The notes beneath the pieces are model-generated. The model saw only the letters and a list, made by a program, of their open reading frames with translations. It was not told the origin of the DNA and made no database searches. A DNA stretch of 32,000 bases from Formosa sp. Hel1_33_131. GTDB lineage: Bacteria; Bacteroidota; Bacteroidia; Flavobacteriales; Flavobacteriaceae. Where the stretch lies: positions 270,001 through 302,000 of the forward strand of contig NZ_CP017260.1 in NCBI RefSeq assembly GCF_001735745.1. The letters run 5' to 3'. The position numbers were made by a program, and so were the translations under genes. Shown here piece by piece: positions 25,499-32,000 of this stretch; positions within the stretch are counted from its first letter, which is position 1; each line of letters opens with the position of its first letter.

Positions 25499-28066
25499 TT
25501 GAAATTGTATAAATCTTCTTTATTTAGTTTTAACATTTACACGTTATTTTTAGTGTTTATTATGTTGCCTCTAACTGTTTTAAGTCAAGAATACGGTCTT
25601 TCTTTTAAAGGTCAAGATTTTCTTCTCGACGAAAGAACAAGCTTAGATATAACTTCAAATAAGCCATTGATTGTAAAGGATGAACTTGAATTAACTTTTG
25701 ATTTAAAGGTAGAATTAATAAAAAGAAAAGGTAATTTCGGATACATTTTTAGAGCTATTAATGAAGATAATAAAAATATAGATTTACTGCTCTCTAATAC
25801 TTCAACAAAAAAACTAATTATAGTTGTTGGTGATACTGAAACAATTATACCCATAAACGACTCTACATTTTCTAATAAAAAATGGAGCACGATTCATATA
25901 AAATTTTCGCTGTCAAAAAATGAATTGGTTTTTTCGATAGCTGGCTCCAAACCCATCAAAAAATCCGCAGTTTTTAAAAGTAAAGAATCATACAAAATCT
26001 TTTTTGGTGCAAATAATTATAAGGAATTTTCAACTTCAGATGTTCCGAGTGGAATAAGTATTAGAGACGTTAAGTTAACTCAAGGCACTAAACTAATCGC
26101 TCACTACCCTTTAAATCAATGTGGAGGAAACGAGGCTATAGATATAATAAATAACAACAATGCTACTGTAAAAAATGCAGACTGGCTGTTATGCTATCAT
26201 AAATCTTGGGAAGAAAATTTAATATCTGAAGTTGATGGCGTTCAATTATTGACTTTTGACAAAAATTTAGGAGAGTTTTATATTTTAAACAAAACAACAC
26301 TAACTAAATACAATCCCAAAGAGAAATCATTCAAGACCTATCCTTTTGATAAAGATACTTTAGAAATTTCTTTAGATCACAGAATTCTTTTTGATCACAA
26401 ACAAAAAAAATTATACTGCTACCTTGCAGATAAGAATCAGATTTCTGAATTTGATTTTGAAACTAAGCGTTGGGATAATTATTCTCTATTTAAAAAACAA
26501 CCTTTGAAGCAAATATACCAGCATCATAATGGTTTGTTTAGTCCAAAAGACAATTCTATATATATCCTAGGGGGTTATGGTCAATTCACATATCAAAACC
26601 AAGTAAAAAAGGTTGATCTTAGTTCTAAAACTTGGGAAAACATCCCTCATGATAATAAAGTATTTAAACCACGATATCTTTCTGGGGCAACCATCTACAA
26701 AGACTCCATTTATGTCTTAGGTGGCTATGGAAGTGAAAGCGGTAAACAATTAGTAAACCCTAAAAGTTATTTTGATTTTTTGAGGTACGACATTGAAAGC
26801 AAAACATTTAAAAAACAATATGAGGTAACTAAAATTTCTGAAGAAATGATCTTTGGAAGCTCCATTGTGATAGACAGTACTAATAAAAACTATTATGGCT
26901 TAATCTCCGATAAGTCTAGATCTAATGGATATCTTAAACTTGCACAAGGAAATCTATCAAGTCCAGAATTTAAAATTGTAGCAGATTCTCTTCCTTATAA
27001 ATTTACAGACACTCAATCTTTTGTGGATCTATTTTTTGATGAAAACGCAAAAAAACTTTACGTCTACACCTCTTTCTTGAACTCAAACAATCAAACAGAT
27101 TTTGGTATTTACAGCCTTAATTACCCTCATATTCCTGTAATTGAAGCCACTCAAAGCAATTCTAAATCAACAACAAGTTTTTGGGCTCTTATTATAATTG
27201 GTCTATTTATATCAGCTATGATTGGTCTTTTAATAATAAAATATTTCAAGAAAAAACAAATTGAAACTAGTGAAGAAAAAATAATTCCTCAGGAACACAA
27301 AAAAGAAGAACCTTTAGTTGAGCTAGATTATCCGATTGTATTTTTTGGTGGTTTTCAAATGTTTGATAAAAAAGGAAACGATCTTACAGGGAAATTTACG
27401 CCCTTAATAAAGGAACTCTTTTTAGTTCTTTGGCTTTATACACATAAAAATAACAAAGGAATTTCTTCTCAAAAGTTAAAAGACTTGTTATGGTATGATA
27501 AATCTGATAAAAGTGCTCAAAATAATAGAGCTGTTAATATCACCAAACTCAAAACCATTCTTAAACAGTTAGGAGATTTTTCAATTAGTAAAAAAACGGG
27601 CTATTGGATTATCGAAAATAATTCTGATGTTTTAGTTAACGATTACTCTCAATTAAATAAAAATCTACTTAAAAGCAAACCAACCAAAGAGGATATTATT
27701 CGTACGATATCCATAACCAAAAATGGCGCTTTTCTGAACAACTTAGATTACACTTGGTTAGATTCTTTTAAACAGAACATTACCGATTTAATAGTCAATA
27801 ACTTTATGAATTTTGCATTAAAGCTAGACATAGAGGAAGATCTTGATTTTGCTATTGATTTAGCGGATTGTATTTTTAATTTTGACACTACAAATGAAAT
27901 CGCTGTGTTCTTAAAATGTAAAGTATATTACATTAAAGGCAATCACAGCTTAGCTAATGATACGTTTAATAAATTTTTAAAAGAGTACAATATCCTATAC
28001 GGACAAGAATTTGAACACAACTTTAATGAATTCATTTCTCTAGATATCAATAATTTACACTTGTAA
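25499..28066 (+). CDS. Membrane-tethered one-component regulator: signal peptide, LamG/ConA-like domain, Kelch-type beta-propeller, TM helix, cytoplasmic SARP-type winged-helix + BTAD domain
   Basis: 855 aa. TTG 25499 is the first canonical start after the in-frame stop at 25436-25438, and the ATG at 25562 would remove the signal peptide. Kelch-like IYILGGYG / IYVLGGYG repeats are present. The TM helix FWALIIIGLFISAMIGLLII covers aa 561-580 (nt 27179-27238). The cytoplasmic part IVFFGGFQMFDKKGNDL..PLIKELFLVLWLY...ISSQKLKDLLWYD....AQNNRAVNITKLKTIL matches the SARP/OmpR-type wHTH pattern. The BTAD-like helical region follows (GAFLNNLDYTWLDSF...EIAVFLKCKVYYIKGNHSLANDTFNKF). Confidence 0.7.
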   Translation: MKLYKSSLFSFNIYTLFLVFIMLPLTVLSQEYGLSFKGQDFLLDERTSLDITSNKPLIVKDELELTFDLKVELIKRKGNFGYIFRAINEDNKNIDLLLSNTSTKKLIIVVGDTETIIPINDSTFSNKKWSTIHIKFSLSKNELVFSIAGSKPIKKSAVFKSKESYKIFFGANNYKEFSTSDVPSGISIRDVKLTQGTKLIAHYPLNQCGGNEAIDIINNNNATVKNADWLLCYHKSWEENLISEVDGVQLLTFDKNLGEFYILNKTTLTKYNPKEKSFKTYPFDKDTLEISLDHRILFDHKQKKLYCYLADKNQISEFDFETKRWDNYSLFKKQPLKQIYQHHNGLFSPKDNSIYILGGYGQFTYQNQVKKVDLSSKTWENIPHDNKVFKPRYLSGATIYKDSIYVLGGYGSESGKQLVNPKSYFDFLRYDIESKTFKKQYEVTKISEEMIFGSSIVIDSTNKNYYGLISDKSRSNGYLKLAQGNLSSPEFKIVADSLPYKFTDTQSFVDLFFDENAKKLYVYTSFLNSNNQTDFGIYSLNYPHIPVIEATQSNSKSTTSFWALIIIGLFISAMIGLLIIKYFKKKQIETSEEKIIPQEHKKEEPLVELDYPIVFFGGFQMFDKKGNDLTGKFTPLIKELFLVLWLYTHKNNKGISSQKLKDLLWYDKSDKSAQNNRAVNITKLKTILKQLGDFSISKKTGYWIIENNSDVLVNDYSQLNKNLLKSKPTKEDIIRTISITKNGAFLNNLDYTWLDSFKQNITDLIVNNFMNFALKLDIEEDLDFAIDLADCIFNFDTTNEIAVFLKCKVYYIKGNHSLANDTFNKFLKEYNILYGQEFEHNFNEFISLDINNLHL

Positions 28067-28165
28067 TTGACATATAAGCACCCATACTACAGACTATTCT
28101 AAGCAAAAATTATAGTTTACATTTATTTATAGTAAAAAGTGAATTTTTCTCATAAAGGCTCATTA

Positions 28166-28195
28166 ATTAATCAATTATTAAGGGAAAATTAAGGG
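28166..28195 (+). promoter_or_regulatory. Three direct repeats with exact 11-bp phasing (ATTAATCA, ATTAAGGG, ATTAAGGG) upstream of the beta-helix gene; candidate operator
   Basis: The units start at 28166, 28177 and 28188. A near-consensus -7 box CATATTTG (28204-28211) starts 8 nt after the last repeat. Confidence 0.3.
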
Positions 28196-28312
28196 TGCAT
28201 CGTCATATTTGTTTGAATCAAAACCTCAACTAATTCAAGATAAGTTGAGTTAAATAATAACCAATTACTTTTAATAACTGATGACCAAAGGCCATCACAA
28301 AACACAATCAAG

Positions 28313-29746
28313 ATGAAAAAAATTACTTTACTAACGCTTTTATTAATTTCTTTTACTGGTTTTACAGCACTAGCACAAAATACCGTTTATGTTTCAGCAA
28401 CAGGTGCTGGTAATATGGATGGCACAAGTGAATCAACTGCATTTGGCAACTTTGGTGTTGCCATGTCAAATATAAACTCTGGAGGAGATAAACTAATAAT
28501 TGTAGGAACCATTACACCCGATGGCGCGAATCTAGCATCTAAGAATTTTGCATTTACTATAGAAGGTTTGAATCCTAGCTCAACTTTAGCCGGAAATGGT
28601 GGTTCAGGTAGACTCTTTACAATAAATGGATCGACTTCAGCAAATGTGACTTTTAAAAATCTTAATTTTCTAAACAACACTACCACACTTGCTGGAGGTG
28701 GTGTCTTTTTTAATAACAACGCAGGAGCTACAGCTACCTTTGAGAACTGTACCTTTACTGGAAATTCTGTAACTAACAACGCAGGTGGTGGAGTTATATT
28801 AGTCTCCAACGGAAATTTAACCATAACAAATTGTGTTTTTGAAAACAATACATCATCAGATAAAGGAGGGGCTATTGTCGCTGGAAATTCTGCAAATGTA
28901 AACATCTCAGGATCTCTTTTTAACGGAAACTCTGCAACTAAAGGTGGTGCAATTGCTGTAACAGGCAATGGTGTAGATTTCGTTTTAAACACTAGTACTT
29001 TTGTGAATAATTCCGTATCAAGTAATGGTGGAGGAGCTTTGTACTTGGGAGGTAATAATGCCAATAGCAGCATTACCAATACTACTATTTTTAATAATAC
29101 TGTAAATTTCACCTCATTAAATCAATCTACAGGCGGTGGAATACGAATTGAAGGCGCTAGACCTTTTACAATACAAAACTCATTAATTTATGGGAATTTG
29201 GTAACAAATGGTACAGATACTGCAGGTTCAGATATTGGAATTGTTCCTAACGTTGTACTTAATCTATCACATTCAATTACCAAAAAAATTGAGCCTGCCT
29301 TAGACGATACTGCTGGGGATGATTTTTCTACATCTATAATTGAAGCAGATTTAACGTCTTCTAACTTAATGTTTATGACCTCTAGTGGTTATGTTGAATA
29401 TGATTCTGTATCTAGTTCAGAAGACAGCCCTATTGATTTTGGATCAGATGGTAATGATGCTGGATCATGGAATTCAGGGTTAGCTTTATCTTTAAATAAG
29501 CAAGATGTTTTAGCTGCTAATTTATTAGTGTTTCATAATAAATCTTCTAACAGCATAGAAATTAGCCATACTATTTCTACCCCATTAACTGTAGAAGTGT
29601 ACAGTATTTTAGGAACTAAATTATTAGGTCTTAAAAATGTAGCTCAAAGACAAAGCATTCAAGCAAATTCTTTAGCTTCAGGAATCTATATTTTAAAAGG
29701 TGAATCTTCTGGGAAGTCGTTCTCGAAAAAATTCATCATAAACTAA
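28313..29746 (+). CDS. Right-handed parallel beta-helix protein with Pmp-like GGA[IVL]/FxxN repeats and T9SS type A C-terminal sorting domain
   Basis: 477 aa with a signal peptide. It repeats F.NN/F.GN + GGGV/GGAI coils (NCTFTGNSVTNNAGGGVI, NCVFENNTSSDKGGAIV, GSLFNGNSATKGGAIAV, TSTFVNNSVSSNGGGALY). The C-terminus is VEVYSILGTKL...LASGIYILKGE..SKKFIIN. Confidence 0.8.
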   Translation: MKKITLLTLLLISFTGFTALAQNTVYVSATGAGNMDGTSESTAFGNFGVAMSNINSGGDKLIIVGTITPDGANLASKNFAFTIEGLNPSSTLAGNGGSGRLFTINGSTSANVTFKNLNFLNNTTTLAGGGVFFNNNAGATATFENCTFTGNSVTNNAGGGVILVSNGNLTITNCVFENNTSSDKGGAIVAGNSANVNISGSLFNGNSATKGGAIAVTGNGVDFVLNTSTFVNNSVSSNGGGALYLGGNNANSSITNTTIFNNTVNFTSLNQSTGGGIRIEGARPFTIQNSLIYGNLVTNGTDTAGSDIGIVPNVVLNLSHSITKKIEPALDDTAGDDFSTSIIEADLTSSNLMFMTSSGYVEYDSVSSSEDSPIDFGSDGNDAGSWNSGLALSLNKQDVLAANLLVFHNKSSNSIEISHTISTPLTVEVYSILGTKLLGLKNVAQRQSIQANSLASGIYILKGESSGKSFSKKFIIN

Positions 29747-29777
29747 AGAAACAGAGTTCCGACTCTTTTAATATTAT

Positions 29778-29809
29778 AAAAATAGGGGTTTTTAAAAACC
29801 CCTATTTTA
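29778..29809. terminator. Rho-independent terminator (perfect palindrome) after the beta-helix gene
   Basis: AAAAATAGGGGTTTTT|AAAAACCCCTATTTT, with core stem TAGGGG/CCCCTA flanked by A/T runs. Confidence 0.75.
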
Positions 29810-29860
29810 ATTAAAATCTGTTTTCAAAAACAGTTCCCCTTAATTTAAAAAAAGAATACA

Positions 29861-32000
29861 TTGAAAAAGTATTTCGTTTATTTATTTTTAGTATTCAATA
29901 CTTCACTTTTATTTGGTCAGCAACCAAATATTGTTTTCATTATGACTGATGATCAAAGCTCAATTCCTTTGAGAGATAGTGATAATCAGAATCAATCCAG
30001 ACCTTTTGGTTTTAATGGAGATTCTAAGGTCCACACCCCTATTATTGATAACTTAGCAAGTAACGGAATTGTTTTTAACAATGCATTTGTTTCTTCCTCT
30101 ATATGCAGCCCAAGTAGGTATAGTATTTTAACAGGAAAATACGCAGGAAGGTCCGAAGGCACTAATTTCTTAAACGGGTATCCCGTAGGGCAATTAAGTC
30201 GCGTTGCAAACAATATAGAACTCGAAGAAAATACAGATAATTTACCAAAACTATTACAAGCTGCAGGCTACAATACTGCTTTTATAGGAAAATCTCACAT
30301 TGTGGATCATGAATTTTTAAACACCTATACACAAGGCAATTTTGGTTTCATGGCATACGATCAAACCGATGATCCCTATGTAGAAGCAATTTCTGATGCC
30401 ATGAAATTTAATCATGATAAATGGGCAGACAGAATTAAAGATTTTGGATTTGATGTTGTGGATGCATTTTATCCCGCAAACTTAAGAGAATTAAAAAATG
30501 ATGACTTAAACGTTCACAATGTTGAGTATAAGAATAAAGCGGTTCTCGATTATATTGAGAATGCTAGTGACGACCCTTTCTTTATTTACTACAGTGAAAC
30601 GGTGCCTCATGGTCCAGCCCCTTTTTGGTCAAATAATAATAATTTTTATGCCGGTTTAGATTCAGACGTTAATATCACAGCTGAAGGTGTTTTAATACAA
30701 GACTATTCGTACTTACCAACACGAGCGCAAATAAAAGATGAAATTTCTAATTTACCTGGAAAGGATATAAAACAAGCTTGGTTGCGTTGGTTTGACCATG
30801 CTGTTGGTGCTGTTGTCAGTAAATTAGAGGAAACAGGAAAGTTAGATAACACCATCATCGTTATTACTTCCGATCATGGAGATTTTAACAAAGGGAAATC
30901 TACAAATTACGATGCAGGCACAAAAGTACCTTTAATGATCTATTGGCCAGATGGAATTTCGACGCCTTCTACTTACGACGAATTGGTTCAGAATATAGAC
31001 TTCGCCCCTACTTTTTTAGATATTGCGGGTGTAGATATTTCTACTTCAGAGATGGATGGTGTAAGTTTAAAAGAAGTTATTACTAATAATGCTACAGAAG
31101 CTGTTCACGATCATTTATTTTTTGAATTAGGGTTTTCTAGAGCGATTAGAACCAAAGACTGGAAATATGTAACGGTGCGTTATGATGATGCTACAAATCA
31201 AAGAATAGCCGACGGAGACACTTTCAATGGGCCAAACGGAACACAGGTACCTCTACCCTTCTACATCCCAAATGTATCTTTGGGAAGTTTAAGTGCAGCT
31301 GCGTACCCACTGTATCATGTAAAAGACCAATTATTTGATTTAAGCAATGACCCTTATGAAGAAGTCAATCTTTTTGACACTCAATTTGAAATAGCTACAG
31401 AACTAAGGAATACATTAAGAACCGAATTACTTACTTTTATTGACAGACCCTATCAAGAATTTACAGATACCAGCGTAGATCTAACAGTCACTACAGAAAG
31501 TACTTCAATTTTAGGGAAGGTTTTAGCAGGTTACCAAGGTTGGTTCAATACGCCTACGGATGGTGAAGATTTAAATTGGAAACATTACCAAACCAGTATA
31601 AATGGAGTTAAAAGATTTGAACCTGGCTTTGCCACTTTAGATTTTTGGCCCGATATGAGTGAGGCAGATGCCGATGAAAAATACATCACTACTTTTACAC
31701 ATAAAGATGAAACTGCAGCGCATGTTTTTTCATCTGTAAATACAAAAACAATCAATCGTCATTTTGAATGGATGAATGATTATGGAATCGATGGGGTTTT
31801 CTTTCAACAATTTGCATCGAATCTCAAATCTAATGCACCTAAATTAAAAGCCAATGATAATCTTGTTTTTGATAATATCATAGCAGCTGCTCAGGAAAAT
31901 AACAACAGACTTGTGAGTATTATGTACGATTTATCGGGGTCTAACGCCACTTCAACAATGGTTGAAGACGTGAAACTGCATTGGGAATCCCTTGTTTCAA
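29861..32000 (+). CDS. Sulfatase (formylglycine-dependent, arylsulfatase A family) fused to an additional C-terminal domain; TTG start; 3' end outside the window
   Basis: Not in the supplied ORF track. I translated frame 2 by hand and it stays open from the stop at 29846-29848 to base 32000. It has signal peptide LKKYFVYLFLVFNTSLLFGQ, PNIVFIMTDDQ, the formylglycine motif CSPSR (30104-30118) and ITSDHGD. From ~31475 a second domain begins (ILGKVLAGYQGWFNTP..LDFWPDMSE..HFEWMNDYGIDGVFFQQF). Confidence 0.85.
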   Translation, partial: MKKYFVYLFLVFNTSLLFGQQPNIVFIMTDDQSSIPLRDSDNQNQSRPFGFNGDSKVHTPIIDNLASNGIVFNNAFVSSSICSPSRYSILTGKYAGRSEGTNFLNGYPVGQLSRVANNIELEENTDNLPKLLQAAGYNTAFIGKSHIVDHEFLNTYTQGNFGFMAYDQTDDPYVEAISDAMKFNHDKWADRIKDFGFDVVDAFYPANLRELKNDDLNVHNVEYKNKAVLDYIENASDDPFFIYYSETVPHGPAPFWSNNNNFYAGLDSDVNITAEGVLIQDYSYLPTRAQIKDEISNLPGKDIKQAWLRWFDHAVGAVVSKLEETGKLDNTIIVITSDHGDFNKGKSTNYDAGTKVPLMIYWPDGISTPSTYDELVQNIDFAPTFLDIAGVDISTSEMDGVSLKEVITNNATEAVHDHLFFELGFSRAIRTKDWKYVTVRYDDATNQRIADGDTFNGPNGTQVPLPFYIPNVSLGSLSAAAYPLYHVKDQLFDLSNDPYEEVNLFDTQFEIATELRNTLRTELLTFIDRPYQEFTDTSVDLTVTTESTSILGKVLAGYQGWFNTPTDGEDLNWKHYQTSINGVKRFEPGFATLDFWPDMSEADADEKYITTFTHKDETAAHVFSSVNTKTINRHFEWMNDYGIDGVFFQQFASNLKSNAPKLKANDNLVFDNIIAAAQENNNRLVSIMYDLSGSNATSTMVEDVKLHWESLVS

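Noticed and set aside
28387-29112. 241-aa minus-strand ORF overlapping the beta-helix gene
   Set aside because: It is antisense to a repeat-rich gene with strong family motifs, and its own sequence is low-complexity (PPP/LLL) without recognisable features.
29826-29845. Possible further tmRNA-end remnant (AAAAACAGTTCCCCTTAATTT resembles AAAACAGTTCGAC..CCCTTT upstream of the 25075 copy)
   Set aside because: Only about 10 contiguous matching bases and no CTCCAC, which is too short to separate from chance in AT-rich DNA. It is mentioned only as a place to look if the island model is tested.
29992-30213. 73-aa minus-strand ORF, the only track entry in the 29.8-32 kb region
   Set aside because: It lies antisense within the clearly recognisable sulfatase reading frame (frame 2, CSPSR motif).

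Overview
AT-rich chromosomal segment that reads like a marine Flavobacteriia (Bacteroidota) genome. It has T9SS type A and type B C-terminal sorting domains, TTTG/TAnnTTTG promoter boxes, A-rich leaders without Shine-Dalgarno sites, and the tmRNA tag GENNYALAA. Bases 1-15.7 kb are mostly core genes: a partial T9SS type-B adhesin, uvrB, a PNGase F-like T9SS cargo, a patatin-like lipase, a minus-strand ligase/deacylase/amidase cluster, sucC, an ACT-domain protein, lysA, a cold-shock protein and a lysine-ketoglutarate-reductase-like dehydrogenase. ssrA (tmRNA) lies at 15738-16129, and the next ~9 kb look accessory. The tmRNA 3' end recurs five more times in two sequence variants. Two 167-bp repeats (165/167 identical) bracket a 4.4-kb cassette encoding a T9SS-tagged small protein and a 1089-aa mosaic fibre protein (collagen-like, two DUF1566/Lcl-like domains, tail-fibre-like parts). 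Then come two truncated gene fragments joined tail-to-tail and an operon of a His/Cys-rich small protein, a TonB-dependent receptor and a lipoprotein. A diverged third copy of the repeat closes the region. No integrase or transposase is visible anywhere in the window. Bases 25.5-32 kb encode a membrane-tethered regulator (LamG + Kelch outside, SARP-type wHTH + BTAD inside), a Pmp-like beta-helix T9SS cargo preceded by 11-bp-phased direct repeats, and a TTG-initiated sulfatase fused to an extra C-terminal domain. That last ORF is absent from the supplied track and runs off the window. A 13-bp tandem duplication frameshifts the 3' end of the carbon-nitrogen hydrolase gene. All protein calls rest on motif and family recognition by eye; no database search was run.
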